56,909 nt of DNA from an uncultured Lentisphaeraceae bacterium (GCA_964478335.1 CAYZIC010000004.1:1-56909); one strand, 5' to 3'. Shown: positions 30,142 through 41,002, numbered from the stretch's first letter. Notes: a model not told the origin generated them from the sequence alone. Numbers and translations: made by a program.

Positions 30142-30747
30142 CTACGTTAATGGCCCTTGAACTTGACGCGCCTGTATAGCACGCTTGAGCGTAAGAGGAT
30201 CAGCATAGGCGACCGCACTGCCCACGGGGATGCCCCGCGCCAAACAAGAAAGCTTGACAGACTTGCCCTCGAGTCGAGAGAGCACATACCCGAGGGTCGT
30301 TTCACTCTCCATATCGGTCCCCAGGGCAAAGATCACTTCGGTGATCGCTTGGCTATCGACTCGACGCACGAGATCATCAATGCGCAAATCTGCCGGCCCC
30401 ATCTGCTTCCCGACGGACAGCTTACCCATCAAAGCATGATAGAGCCCCTTGTAAGCGCCACTTTGCTCGATCAATTCGATGTCGGAGGGTTCCTCAACCA
30501 CGCAGATCGTGTGCTTGTCACGGCGCTCATCGGTGCAGAGTCGGCAAGGATCCTCCTCGTGCGAGGTAAAGGCACCACACTGCGAACAGATACAGATCGT
30601 ATCTCTGGCTTGAGTCATAGCTCGCATGAGCCCCTCGAGCAATTGCTCCCGCCTGATCAAAGCCAAGGCAGCACGCTCCGCAGAGCGCTTCCCTAAGCCA
30701 GGCAGTCGCGCCAAAGCACTGATCAGGTTTTCGAGAGCAGGATTCAT
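30142..30747 (-). CDS. recR: Recombination protein RecR
   Basis: LPGLGKRSA, C4 zinc finger, ICVVEEP, LARGIPVG. Confidence 0.95.
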   Translation of the reverse strand: MNPALENLISALARLPGLGKRSAERAALALIRREQLLEGLMRAMTQARDTICICSQCGAFTSHEEDPCRLCTDERRDKHTICVVEEPSDIELIEQSGAYKGLYHALMGKLSVGKQMGPADLRIDDLVRRVDSQAITEVIFALGTDMESETTLGYVLSRLEGKSVKLSCLARGIPVGSAVAYADPLTLKRAIQARQVQGPLT

Positions 30748-30758
30748 AGCAGATACGC

Positions 30759-31091
30759 TTACTTGATCAAATCAGCAACAGGGTTGTTGCCTTCTTTCAT
30801 CATTGCTTGCATCATGTTTTGGGTTTCGGTCTTTACTCCAGCGAGCGCACCATTGATGACGGTCTTGAGCATGGTTTCAAAACGCTCCACCTTGGTGGCC
30901 TTGGTGGCGTTGATCAATTCGTTGATGGCCTCTTCGGAGACTTTGATAGAGGCGACCTTGAGGTCGCCCTTGACGACACAGGTGATGCCTGCATTTTGGT
31001 AAGTGAAGCTGATCTTTTCGACTTCCGCTTGGATACGCTTAGCGTCTTTACGCATTTGCATAGCTTGTTTGACTTGGCTGATTACGCCCAT
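30759..31091 (-). CDS. ybaB: YbaB/EbfC nucleoid-associated protein
   Basis: Size and position between dnaX and recR; helix-strand-helix pattern. Confidence 0.8.
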   Translation of the reverse strand: MGVISQVKQAMQMRKDAKRIQAEVEKISFTYQNAGITCVVKGDLKVASIKVSEEAINELINATKATKVERFETMLKTVINGALAGVKTETQNMMQAMMKEGNNPVADLIK

Positions 31092-31123
31092 GGTTGGATT
31101 CCTTTGATTAAGTGTGAATAAAA

Positions 31124-32515
31124 TTAATGTTGGTCGACAGAGATTGGCGTGGCACCAAAAATCGCAATCGTGGCATTGACCACTTCGTCAGAATAGATCT
31201 GCTCAGTCATGCGTTGTTTTTGAGCGGCGGGTTGAGCAGCAGTTTGGGGTGCGGGCTCTGTGGAGGTGGGAGCAGATGCGGAGGGTTCGGTCATCTGCAC
31301 TGGGTTAGCGGGGCGAACCGACCCCGCAGGATTGGCGGCTGGAGACGCAGCCCCAGCCGCCAAACGCTGTATAATTTGGTCTCGCAATTGGGTAAGGCGC
31401 TTAATCGCCTCATCAATCGGGATCGTTTGCGCCGCACGTGCACATTTGATCAAGGTCATCTCGACCTGCGCTCGCAACGAGAGTGCAAAGCGCAACTGCG
31501 CCTCTGCCTCTGAGAGGATCTCTGTAATCGAGAGAATGCGCTTGGGATCAATCAGCGCGGATTGGTCGGCAAGCACGACCATCTGTTCGTCCGTTGACTC
31601 TTGGCGCATGACCGCTTCACCAGCTTGTTGATAGACCAAGATATTACGAAAATGGTTGACCAGCTCCGCCAAAGAGCGTCTCAGGTCTTTGCCCGTCTGG
31701 TCAAAGCCATCAATCCGCCGCAAGATCTCCGCGATGTCCCCGGTGATAATCGCCTTGGCCAACTGCTCAAGCGCCTCGCGAGAGATCAACCCAAAGACCG
31801 AGAGCACGTCTTCCTCTTTGAGATCGGCTCCCTTAAAGGCGATCAATTGATCCAATGCTGAGAGCGCATCACGCAAACCACCATTGGCACCACGCGCAAT
31901 TGCGAGCAAAGCATCATCCGTGATGGCGATCTGCTCTTCCCCACAGATAAAGCGCAAACGCTTCACGATATCCGAGATCTGGATACGCCTCAGGTCAAAT
32001 CGCTGGCACCGCGAAATAATCGTCGGCAACACCTTATCCCCCTCAGTCGTGGCAAAGATAAACTTGACATACGATGGGGGCTCTTCCAACGTCTTGAGCA
32101 ACGCATTAAATGCCTGCTTCGATAGCATATGGACTTCGTCGATGATGAAGATACGAAAGCGCCCTTTAATTGGCGGGAACTGGACTTGGTCACAAATGGT
32201 GCGAATATCCTCGACGCTATTATTCGAAGCGGCATCCATTTCGATTACATCGAGCGAGGCATCATTATCAATGCCCACGCAGCTATCACAGGTCAAGCAC
32301 GGTTTAGCCGTTGGTCCAGTTTCACAATTGAGAGCCTTGGCAAAGATACGCGAGAGCGAGGTCTTACCAATACCACGCGGCCCAATAAAAAGATAAGCAT
32401 GCGCAATGCGATCAGACTGGATTGCATTGGCAAGCGTGCGGGTGACGTGCTCTTGTCCGACGACATCTTCTAATAGCTTCGGCCGCCACTTACGGGCGAG
32501 TACTTCGTATGCCAT
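31124..32515 (-). CDS. dnaX: DNA polymerase III gamma/tau
   Basis: LARKWRP, GPRGIGKT, IIDEVHML, SRCQRF. Confidence 0.97.
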   Translation of the reverse strand: MAYEVLARKWRPKLLEDVVGQEHVTRTLANAIQSDRIAHAYLFIGPRGIGKTSLSRIFAKALNCETGPTAKPCLTCDSCVGIDNDASLDVIEMDAASNNSVEDIRTICDQVQFPPIKGRFRIFIIDEVHMLSKQAFNALLKTLEEPPSYVKFIFATTEGDKVLPTIISRCQRFDLRRIQISDIVKRLRFICGEEQIAITDDALLAIARGANGGLRDALSALDQLIAFKGADLKEEDVLSVFGLISREALEQLAKAIITGDIAEILRRIDGFDQTGKDLRRSLAELVNHFRNILVYQQAGEAVMRQESTDEQMVVLADQSALIDPKRILSITEILSEAEAQLRFALSLRAQVEMTLIKCARAAQTIPIDEAIKRLTQLRDQIIQRLAAGAASPAANPAGSVRPANPVQMTEPSASAPTSTEPAPQTAAQPAAQKQRMTEQIYSDEVVNATIAIFGATPISVDQH

Positions 32516-32573
32516 AGAAAACCTTTCTTAACGAGGCGTAGCACCGTAAGTTAGGAGCTACGCCCGCGAGTCA

Positions 32574-34448
32574 TTACTTAGCCATCAAGCTAGAGACGAG
32601 CGAGATAAAGCGCTGTGCATCAGGCAATTCGGCACCTTCGGCCAAAAGCGCTTGCCCATAGAGCAAATCGATCATGTCGGTGGCTTGTGTGGTGTCGCCT
32701 ACGGCGACTGTGGACAAAAGCTTTTGGATCAAGGCATGGTCTGGATTAACCTCCAAGATACGCTTTTGCTCGGGAACGTCTTGCCCCATGGCCTTCATCA
32801 TGCGCATCATTGCTGGGCTCATTGCCGAGGCATCCTCCACCAAGCAACAGGGCGACTGAGTCAAGCGATCCGACACGCGCACTTCCTTAATGGTTGATTC
32901 GAGCTGCTTAGCAAAGGCTTCGACGAGGGGCTTGCAGGATTCGGAGGCGGCCTTGAGCTTTTCTTCCTTAGCCTGCTTTTCGCCTTCGTCTTCACCGAGG
33001 TCGAGATCGGCCTTGTCGACAAAGACGATCGGCGTACCGTCAAAGTCGCCCAAGCCGTCTGCAATCCATTGGTCAATGGGCGATGCCATCAGGAGCACAT
33101 CGTAGCCCTTTTGCTTAAGCGCCTCGAGACATGGAGAACGCCTCGCCGCATCCAGAGAATCAGCCGTCAAAGCGTAGATCGCCTTTTGCTTCTCCCCCAT
33201 TGCATCCTTGTATTGCTGCAAAGAGACAAGCGTGGCATCATCGCCAGTCATCGTCGGGTACATGATCAGCTTTTTGAGCTTATCCTTGTTTTCCCAATCC
33301 GAATGAAGCCCCTCTTTAAGCAAATCGCCAAAGGCAAGGTAAAAGGTTTTGTATTCATCGGCTTTATCCTTGGCCATCTCAGTCAATGTCTTGAAGACAC
33401 GATTGGTAAGGTCGGTGCGCATTTTGCGAATGACCGTATCGTCTTGGAGCATTTCACGCGACACATTGAGCGGGAGATCACTCGAATCGACAACACCCTT
33501 GATAAAGCGCATATACTCAGGCATTAACGCCTCAAAATCGCTGCCGATAAAGACATTGCGGACGTAGAGGTTGAGCCCATGCTTCTTATTAGGCATCATC
33601 AAGTCCATGCCCATCTCTCCAGGAATAAAGAGAATGGCCTTGTATTCGAGCACACCCTCAGCAGAGATATGCATTGTCTTGATTGGATCCTTAAAGTCAT
33701 GCGTCAAGTGCTTGTAAAACTCCACATACTCCTCAGGCTTGATTTCACTCTTACTGCGTTTCCAAATAGCACGCATCGTATTGAGTGGCTCCGCATCCTC
33801 TGCGACAGCTTTACCATCGAGAGCAAGGTAAATCGGATAGGCAATAAAGTCCGAGTAGCGCTTAACCAAGTCCTTAAGCGTCCATTCCTCAGCATATTGA
33901 TCCATACCCTCTCGCAAATGCAACGTGATCGCGGTGCCGGGTTCGCTACGGCTGCCTGCATCAAGCGTGTAATCGCCATCGCCAGTGGAGAACCACCGCA
34001 CGGCTTGTTGACCAGCGCCGCGGCGCAGAGACTCGACAGAGACAGAGTCCGCCACCATAAATGCGGCATAAAAGCCTACACCAAATTGACCGATCAGCTC
34101 GGGAATGTTCGCACCCTCTTTATTTTTGAGCGCTTCAGAGAATGCCTTGGTGCCAGACTTGGCAATTGTGCCCAAGCTATCCTCAAGCTCCTTAGCCGAC
34201 ATACCCACGCCTGTATCGACGATCGTTAGCGTATGCGCCTCCTTATCTGCCAAGAGCTGAATCTGCCACTTGGGATTCTCCGGAGCGATCGTTTGATCCG
34301 TCAACGCCAAATACTCAGCGCGATCAATCGCATCAGACGCATTGGAGATCAATTCGCGTAAAAAGATCTCTTTTTTAGAATATAAAGAATGAATCACCAA
34401 GTCTAGGACTTCTTTAATTTCAGCCTTAAACTGCTTTGTTTCAGCCAT
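32574..34448 (-). CDS. htpG: Chaperone HtpG (Hsp90)
   Basis: FLRELISNASDA, IGQFGVGFY, DLPLNVSRE; likely start is ATG 34448 (MAETKQF). Confidence 0.97.
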   Translation of the reverse strand: MAETKQFKAEIKEVLDLVIHSLYSKKEIFLRELISNASDAIDRAEYLALTDQTIAPENPKWQIQLLADKEAHTLTIVDTGVGMSAKELEDSLGTIAKSGTKAFSEALKNKEGANIPELIGQFGVGFYAAFMVADSVSVESLRRGAGQQAVRWFSTGDGDYTLDAGSRSEPGTAITLHLREGMDQYAEEWTLKDLVKRYSDFIAYPIYLALDGKAVAEDAEPLNTMRAIWKRSKSEIKPEEYVEFYKHLTHDFKDPIKTMHISAEGVLEYKAILFIPGEMGMDLMMPNKKHGLNLYVRNVFIGSDFEALMPEYMRFIKGVVDSSDLPLNVSREMLQDDTVIRKMRTDLTNRVFKTLTEMAKDKADEYKTFYLAFGDLLKEGLHSDWENKDKLKKLIMYPTMTGDDATLVSLQQYKDAMGEKQKAIYALTADSLDAARRSPCLEALKQKGYDVLLMASPIDQWIADGLGDFDGTPIVFVDKADLDLGEDEGEKQAKEEKLKAASESCKPLVEAFAKQLESTIKEVRVSDRLTQSPCCLVEDASAMSPAMMRMMKAMGQDVPEQKRILEVNPDHALIQKLLSTVAVGDTTQATDMIDLLYGQALLAEGAELPDAQRFISLVSSLMAK

Positions 34449-34620
34449 AATTGAATTCTCCTTAATTGATTGAATAGGCCTGATTGACGCAGGAGTATTT
34501 ATTAATCTACGCCAATAAACATTGATGCCGATAACTATCCGACAATCAATGCCCCGTATATTACCAAAAAAAAGAAAGGAAAGCAAGCCCAAAATGGACT
34601 TGCGTTCACTCTTTTAGCGA

Positions 34621-34712
34621 GGAGGTGAGGAGGCCTCGCCTCCAAGAACGGCCTGTGGCCTTTTGGAACAGTCGCTCCGCTCCCTATCGGAGACGAGCGG
34701 AGCGGGCTCTCT
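34621..34712. repeat. REP-like hairpin cluster
   Basis: gaacggcctgtggccttttggaacagtcgctccgctccc resembles the segments at 24941-24972, 44363-44382 and 193-211. Confidence 0.65.
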
Positions 34713-34716
34713 GGGG

Positions 34717-35481
34717 CTAATTAGCGCGCGTATAGAGGAAGTGGTAAATGCAGGGCAAGAAGATTGCTCCTGAGAGAAAATTCCCTATCGTCACAAAGAG
34801 GAGATGCAGCGCAACTTCTCCAAACGTATAGATTGAGGGATCAAGCATCCCCGCCGCCGAGACATAAAACATATTCGCCACAACGTGCTGAAATCCGCAG
34901 AGGATAAAAAGCATAATAGGGAACCAAATGGCCAAAATCTTGCCAGCTAATTCTTTAGAAGCGAGGGCAAACCAGACACCAATGGCGACGAGGATGTTAC
35001 ACAAAAAGCCACTCGCCACCGCTTGCCACATCGTCAAGTGCACCTTGTGCTCGGCGAAATGAATGATGTATGAGCTAAAAGCCTCATCATTAAAATTCCC
35101 CGCCATCACACAAGCACCGGCAATCAAAATCGATCCCAGTAAATTGCCCAACCAAACACCGCAGAGATTGCGGAAATAGATTGTGCGACGAATCTTATCT
35201 TTGGTCAATGCGAGAAATGCCAAACAGTCACCTGTAAAGAGCGATCCCCCCACCAAAACAACAAGCATCAAGCCTGTCGGGAAGACCATTGCCCCCACAA
35301 ATCGCCCCACTCCACCACCAATGTAGTGGCAGGCTATTAGATTGCCCAGCGCTGCTAGCGCGATATACACCCCCCCCATAAAACCTAATAAAAGCGTTTG
35401 GCGAAAGCCATAATGCCCTTTGTGCTCACCTAATACGACGACCTCTTCGGCCGTTTCCTGATTCGTTAAATAAAACTTCAT
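34717..35481 (-). CDS. Formate/nitrite transporter family
   Basis: FPTGLML, LFTGDC, LCNILV, FQHVVANM, IGNFLSG. Confidence 0.92.
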   Translation of the reverse strand: MKFYLTNQETAEEVVVLGEHKGHYGFRQTLLLGFMGGVYIALAALGNLIACHYIGGGVGRFVGAMVFPTGLMLVVLVGGSLFTGDCLAFLALTKDKIRRTIYFRNLCGVWLGNLLGSILIAGACVMAGNFNDEAFSSYIIHFAEHKVHLTMWQAVASGFLCNILVAIGVWFALASKELAGKILAIWFPIMLFILCGFQHVVANMFYVSAAGMLDPSIYTFGEVALHLLFVTIGNFLSGAIFLPCIYHFLYTRAN

Positions 35482-35638
35482 CGTTACTCCTGTAGTGATA
35501 ATAAATGGCGCAAAGTATAGCAAATCAACTTTAAAAGACAAGCACAGATCACTAATATCCTCCTAAAAGTTCTTGAGAGTAAAGTCGATTCAAATACTTA
35601 TCATGAGTCGCATGAGTTGCGCACGGCTGAACAAACAT

Positions 35639-35667
35639 AAAAAGGGACACCCGAGGGTATCCCTTTT
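35639..35667 (-). terminator. Terminator after rpmB
   Basis: aaaagggatacc-ctcg-ggtgtcccttttt on the minus strand. Confidence 0.75.
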
Positions 35668-35692
35668 CAACATTTTGAGAGCCGTAGGTTAC

Positions 35693-35923
35693 TTAGGCTT
35701 TCGTGACTTTACCCGAACGGAGGCAAGCTGCGCAAACGGTCAAGTGGCAGGTTGTGCCATTGGCCAAGCGAGCGTGGACCTTCTTGAGGTTGGGTTCAAA
35801 GCGGCGCTTTGAGATACCGGTGGTGTGCAAACCGATACCGCCCTTGGATTTTTGCAAACCGTGGCGGACGATACGGCAACCAGACATGGGCTTCTTGCCG
35901 CAAATATCACAAACTCTGGACAT
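35693..35923 (-). CDS. rpmB: 50S ribosomal protein L28 (Zn-ribbon type)
   Basis: MSRVCDICGK, KRRFEPNL, VCAACLRS. Confidence 0.95.
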   Translation of the reverse strand: MSRVCDICGKKPMSGCRIVRHGLQKSKGGIGLHTTGISKRRFEPNLKKVHARLANGTTCHLTVCAACLRSGKVTKA

Positions 35924-35961
35924 GATTAATCTCCTTATGTGTCTAGGACACGTTAAATGAT

Positions 35962-37107
35962 CTACTTCTTTTTCTTACGTTGTTCAACCACAAGGAAGGT
36001 CGCCATTTTAAAGCGCTCTTCTGTGACGATCGTGTGATCGATTTCACCAACTGGGGATTCGACCTTGGGCGAGTTAATGCCCTTACCAAACTTGCCTGGA
36101 GGCGTTGGCTTAAGGATTTCGAATAGACGCTGCTTGACTTGGGCTAGGCCGTTGTCTTCTTCATCAATGATGGAGAGGGCGATTGGCTCGACACCAGTTT
36201 CTTGAATAAATGTGGCCAAGTTGTCGCTGGCGCTCGGTTCATCCATCTTATTTGCCAAGACGAGAGAGGGGCGCGCGGCCAATTCCTCATCATAGGCGGA
36301 GACTTCTGCTTGGAGTGTCAGGTAATCTTGCCAGGGCTCGCGGTTGTCCGTACCTGCCATGTCGATGACATAGACGAGCATACGGGCTCTCGAGAGGTGC
36401 TTCAAGAAGGTCAATCCTAGACCGATGCCTTGACTGGCACCTTCAATAATGCCAGGGACATCAGCCATGCGCAGCGTGGAGTAGTCAGGATAGGTGATCG
36501 TGCCGACGCTTGGGTGGAGTGTGGTAAATGGGTATGAAGCGATTTTAGGCTTTGCATCGCTGAGAGCAGCGAGCAGAGACGATTTGCCTGCATTGGGGAA
36601 GCCGAGCAAACCTGCGTCTGCGATCGTCTTCATCTCAAAGCGACACTTAAATGCTTCACCTTCAAGGCCGGGGTTAAACTTTTCGGGCGTCTGATTGACA
36701 GATGTCTTAAAGTGGATATTACCCCAGCCTCCATTACCGCCCTTTGCAATAATCAGCTCGTCACCGTGCGCCAAAACTTCGCCCAACAGGGCATCGGTTT
36801 CGACATCGTAGACTTCTGTTCCACAGGGGACTGGCACTCTTAGATCGGCACCATTGCGGCCATGCATTTGCTGACCACTACCATTGATCCCATTCTCGGC
36901 CCAAAGCTTGGGTTCGAAAAAGATTCTCAGCAGCGAATCAGCATTCTCGTCTGCGACGACCACGACATTGCCACCATTACCACCATCTCCACCATCAGGA
37001 CCACCTTCGGCGACATGCGCCTCACGACGGAAGCTCGCGCTACCATCGCCGCCTCGACCGGCTTTGACATCGGCTGTTGTTTGATCTACGAATGCTCGTT
37101 TTTTCAT
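35962..37107 (-). CDS. obgE: GTPase ObgE
   Basis: FVD..AGRGGDG, GGPDGGDGG, GFPNAGKSS, YPFTTL, DVPG, NKMD. Confidence 0.96.
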   Translation of the reverse strand: MKKRAFVDQTTADVKAGRGGDGSASFRREAHVAEGGPDGGDGGNGGNVVVVADENADSLLRIFFEPKLWAENGINGSGQQMHGRNGADLRVPVPCGTEVYDVETDALLGEVLAHGDELIIAKGGNGGWGNIHFKTSVNQTPEKFNPGLEGEAFKCRFEMKTIADAGLLGFPNAGKSSLLAALSDAKPKIASYPFTTLHPSVGTITYPDYSTLRMADVPGIIEGASQGIGLGLTFLKHLSRARMLVYVIDMAGTDNREPWQDYLTLQAEVSAYDEELAARPSLVLANKMDEPSASDNLATFIQETGVEPIALSIIDEEDNGLAQVKQRLFEILKPTPPGKFGKGINSPKVESPVGEIDHTIVTEERFKMATFLVVEQRKKKK

Positions 37108-37133
37108 GAGGTTGCTTTACACAAGAGCTGATA

Positions 37134-37370
37134 TTATTCAGCGCTAGTAGGGATGATAGCAATCACAGTGCTATCTTTCTGAAATTCGACGGTACCTTCG
37201 ACCAAGGCGAACAAAGTGAAGTCACGACCTTGACCAACGTTTTTACCTGCATGGAACTTAGTACCACGCTGACGAACTAAAATGGAACCGGCCTTAACGA
37301 CCTGGCCTGCATATCGCTTCACACCAAGACGCTTGGACTTGCTGTCGCGACCATTACTACCTGCTGCCAT
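37134..37370 (-). CDS. rpmA: 50S ribosomal protein L27 (N-terminally shortened)
   Basis: [29 protein letters not shown]. Confidence 0.95.
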   Translation of the reverse strand: MAAGSNGRDSKSKRLGVKRYAGQVVKAGSILVRQRGTKFHAGKNVGQGRDFTLFALVEGTVEFQKDSTVIAIIPTSAE

Positions 37371-37388
37371 ATTTCACGCTCCTTTAAC

Positions 37389-37703
37389 TTAGGCGATTGA
37401 CTTGATCTTGAGAACGGTCAATTCCTGACGGTGACCGACGCGGCGTTCATAGCCCTTACGACGATTCTTACGGAAATTGATCAACTTGGGGCCGCGCTTG
37501 TGAGCGAGCACTTCGGCGACAACTTTTGCGCCTTCAACCGTAGGCATGCCGATGATGAGCTCGGAGCCATTTGAAACTGCCAAAACATTGGCAAGCTCGG
37601 TGTCTGTACCTGCTTCTACTGCAAGGCGGTCGATTTCGATGACAGAACCGACTGTCACGCGATACTGGTTACCACCAGCTTCAACTACTGCATATGCTTC
37701 CAT
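37389..37703 (-). CDS. rplU: 50S ribosomal protein L21
   Basis: YAVVEAGGNQYRV, GHRQELT. Confidence 0.96.
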   Translation of the reverse strand: MEAYAVVEAGGNQYRVTVGSVIEIDRLAVEAGTDTELANVLAVSNGSELIIGMPTVEGAKVVAEVLAHKRGPKLINFRKNRRKGYERRVGHRQELTVLKIKSIA

Positions 37704-37759
37704 GTGTTATCCTTCACTTTTCTGTAATACCAAACGCCTGTTTGGTGAATTGGCCGCTT

Positions 37760-37788
37760 AATATAACGTATCTGATCGCATTTGTCAA
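37760..37788 (-). promoter_or_regulatory. sigma70 promoter of rplU-rpmA-obgE
   Basis: TTGACA-17 bp-TATATT on the minus strand. Confidence 0.8.
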
Positions 37789-37930
37789 CCACAAAAGTGA
37801 GAAAAAGTGCGAAAAGTGCGAAAAACGGTTTAGTTTTTCCCTTTATTACACAATAAGAAACGCTAAACCACTTTTTCGCACACGTCAAGGCAGCTGCGTC
37901 ACCACGCGCGCAATGCTTGTTGCGGGCGAG

Positions 37931-40900
37931 CTAGCGAGCCCTCCTAGCGCTCGCTAAGGTAGCGGCGGGGAGGACTATGAGGTTGAGGAGGGTGGCGCTG
38001 AGGAGTCCGCCAAATTGCACGATCGCCAGCGGTGCGAGGATTTCACCTCCGGGTTGAGTACGTGCCATAACAATAGGCAGGAGCCCCAAAAGGGTGGTAA
38101 GGCTGGTCATGATAATGGGGGTAATGCGGGTTAGTGAGCCAGTCATGACGGCATCTTGCACGCTGTGGCCTTGCTCGATGAGCTGGGTGTAGCTGGTGAG
38201 CAGGAGGAGTCCATTGCGAATCGCAAACCCAAAGAGGGTGATAAATCCAGCGAGGCTCGCGACCGAGAGGATGGGGGTTTGATCGCCAGCAAAGAGGGCT
38301 ATCGCGAGGATGCCTCCGATGAGAGCGAGCGGCACATTGGTCAAAATGAGCAAAACGCCTCGTGTCGATTTGAGCACACTATAGAGGATGAGCACAATGA
38401 TCACCGCGAGGATTGCTCCGAGCAGGGTGAGCTGTTGGCGCATGGAGTCGCGGGCTTGGATCGTGCCTCCATACTTGACGGCGACACCCAGAGCCTGCAT
38501 CTGTGGATCGAGGGTGTGGCGCAAGCTCTCGACGATATCACCGACATTGGCCCCTGGAGCAGGGTTGCAGGTAATGAGGGCTTGGCGTAAACCATTCTCT
38601 CGAATAATCAGATTGGGCGTTTTCTCGGCGTAGACTTCGGCAAGCTGATTGAGGGGGATGCGCTGACCATCGGGAGTAATGATGGTGTGGCTAGCAAGCT
38701 GATCGGGTGAGCTGCGCTGGGCTTCATTCATCTGCAAGACAATATCCCAGCGTGAGGTATTACGCAGGACTTCGCCAGCTTTGAGTCCGCCAAACGCCAA
38801 TGCGATCTGCGTAGCGATGGTTTCTCTGCTGAGGCCGTAACGCTGCAATTCAAAGGGTTTGTACTTGATTGTGATGGCATCGACGAGGACTTCGCGATTG
38901 GCCTGGATGTCGGTGATATCCGCTCTCGCTTTGAGCGTGGTATTGGCGACTTGGGCAGCATGACGCAAGCGAGCGAGGTCATCGGCAATGAGATGAATCG
39001 TAATATCGGCATTGGTGCCTGAGAGGACGGCCGAAATGCGGTGTGCAATCGGGTAGCCGATCATGGTCGAGGTGCCTGGGATTTGCTTTAAGATCTGATT
39101 AAAGGCCGCCTTGAGCTGGGCTTGATCTCGACGTAAATCAACGCGCACTTGGATCTCGGATGAGGAGACGGGCTCAGCGTGGGCGTCGCGTTCGGCGCGG
39201 CCTGTACGGCGCACGACGCTCTTGACGCCGGGGACTTGCTCAATGGATTGAACGATGTTCTGCGCAATCGCTTCGCTCTCTTCGAGCGAGGTGCCCGGTG
39301 TCGCTGAGACAAAGAGCGTATAGCAGCCTTCATGAAACGCTGGCAAAAAGGTCGTGCCAAAGGTCGTCGCCAAATAGATCGCCCCCGCCACAGCACCTGC
39401 TGCGATGGTCAATACGACCCAATGCCAGCGCATACAGGTGCGCAGGATCGGCGTATAGGCCCATTTAATCGCACGCACGACGCAGCTCTCTCTAGTAGGC
39501 GCAGAGTCCAATGCAGCAGGTGCCTTGACAAAGGTCATGAGCAGCGGGATCACCGTTACCGCCGAAACCAAAGAGCCTACCAATGCCACACAGTAGGCGA
39601 TTGCCATCGGCCTAAAGAACTGCCCCTCGATGCCAGTCAAAACCATCAGTGGCGCAAAGACGAGGATAATAATGATCGTGGAGAAGACCATTGACGGCAC
39701 AACATCTACCCCTGCTTGCAGGAGGATCGAGGTCTGCGACTGCTCGGTGGTGCGCTCTCTCAACCTGCGCCAGGCGTTTTCGACAAAGATGACAGCATTG
39801 TCCACGACATCGCCCACTGCGACTGCCAAGCCACCAAGCGTCATGATATTGAGGCTCAGCCCAAACAACGGAAAGACCAAGAGCCCCAACAAGAGAGAAA
39901 TCGGCAATGCAATCAGCGTAATGGCTGCCAAGCGCAGGCTTAGCAGCGTAAAGAAGATCACACAGATGACGATAATCGCCGCCTGGATTACGGTTTCTCG
40001 GCCGCTCTCCATTGAGATGTTGATAAAGTCCGACTGGCGATAGCCATCACGCTTGAGCGTGGTGCCTGCTGGTAATGCGGTAGACTCAAAACGGTCAAGG
40101 ACCAGATCCATGGCTTGAAGCAATTCGAGCGTGTTACCACCGGGAGCCTTTTGCACCGAGAGGACGACCGCAGCCTCCTGATTGTAAGCAGCCGATCCAC
40201 TACGAATCGCTGGAGCAATGGAGAGGTCTGCTACATCGTCAAGCTGCAACTGCGTGCCAGGGATGGCGGTTTCTCTAAAGGCTTGCAGCGACTGAATACG
40301 ACCTTGTTGGCGTAGGGGCCACTCTTTGCCGCGGTAGTTGGTGATATAGCCAGCGGACTTGAGACTCTGCGAGGCACTCACCGCATCGATGAGATCTTGG
40401 GGCATGAGATTGTGCAGCGTCAACTTGAGCGGATCAAGCGCCACGCGGTACTGCGGCAAACGCCCACCCAAGATCGCCACCTGTCCAATGCCAGGGATCG
40501 CCAAGAGCTGCTGACGCAACGTGCTCTCGCAGAGTTGGCGCACCTCCATTTCTAGGGATTGCGAGGGCGTGGTGATTGAGATGAGGGCAATTTCGCCAGT
40601 TACCGAGACAACGGGGGAGATCTCGGTCGACGTATTATCGGGCAAATCACTGCGAATCGCACCGAGGCGTTCGGCAATGATCTGTCGCACACGATAGGGA
40701 TCGACCCCATCCTCAAAGTCTACCCAGACGAACGACAAACCACGCCCAGACGAGCTCTTGGTTTTGGTGACATAGCGCAAGCCGCTCATGGCCGATTCTA
40801 GAGGGATCGAGAGTTGCGCCTCGACTTCGTCTGCAGTTAGCCCTGGTGCCTCAGTCATCAAGGTGACGCGCTGCTCACGCAATTCGGGGAAAACGTCAAT

Positions 40901-41002
40901 CGGCAACTGCTTAACCGAAACAAATGCCACTGCGCACAATAGGCCAATGACCAGCCCAGAGATCAAACGATTGTTTATGCAAAAAGCGATCAATTTATTC
41001 AT
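37931..41002 (-). CDS. CusA/CzcA-family heavy-metal RND permease
   Basis: LPIDVFP, GDVVDNAVIFVEN, EGQFFRPMA, GRAERDAH, RITPIIMT; likely start is ATG 41002, overlapping the MFP stop. Confidence 0.92.
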   Translation of the reverse strand: MNKLIAFCINNRLISGLVIGLLCAVAFVSVKQLPIDVFPELREQRVTLMTEAPGLTADEVEAQLSIPLESAMSGLRYVTKTKSSSGRGLSFVWVDFEDGVDPYRVRQIIAERLGAIRSDLPDNTSTEISPVVSVTGEIALISITTPSQSLEMEVRQLCESTLRQQLLAIPGIGQVAILGGRLPQYRVALDPLKLTLHNLMPQDLIDAVSASQSLKSAGYITNYRGKEWPLRQQGRIQSLQAFRETAIPGTQLQLDDVADLSIAPAIRSGSAAYNQEAAVVLSVQKAPGGNTLELLQAMDLVLDRFESTALPAGTTLKRDGYRQSDFINISMESGRETVIQAAIIVICVIFFTLLSLRLAAITLIALPISLLLGLLVFPLFGLSLNIMTLGGLAVAVGDVVDNAVIFVENAWRRLRERTTEQSQTSILLQAGVDVVPSMVFSTIIIILVFAPLMVLTGIEGQFFRPMAIAYCVALVGSLVSAVTVIPLLMTFVKAPAALDSAPTRESCVVRAIKWAYTPILRTCMRWHWVVLTIAAGAVAGAIYLATTFGTTFLPAFHEGCYTLFVSATPGTSLEESEAIAQNIVQSIEQVPGVKSVVRRTGRAERDAHAEPVSSSEIQVRVDLRRDQAQLKAAFNQILKQIPGTSTMIGYPIAHRISAVLSGTNADITIHLIADDLARLRHAAQVANTTLKARADITDIQANREVLVDAITIKYKPFELQRYGLSRETIATQIALAFGGLKAGEVLRNTSRWDIVLQMNEAQRSSPDQLASHTIITPDGQRIPLNQLAEVYAEKTPNLIIRENGLRQALITCNPAPGANVGDIVESLRHTLDPQMQALGVAVKYGGTIQARDSMRQQLTLLGAILAVIIVLILYSVLKSTRGVLLILTNVPLALIGGILAIALFAGDQTPILSVASLAGFITLFGFAIRNGLLLLTSYTQLIEQGHSVQDAVMTGSLTRITPIIMTSLTTLLGLLPIVMARTQPGGEILAPLAIVQFGGLLSATLLNLIVLPAATLASARRAR

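Noticed and set aside
32516-32573. SRP RNA upstream of dnaX
   Set aside because: The gap is only 58 bp and holds a ggcgtagc/gctacgcc hairpin, with no SRP motif.
34449-34620. CIRCE element upstream of htpG
   Set aside because: No TTAGCACTC-N9-GAGTGCTAA match.
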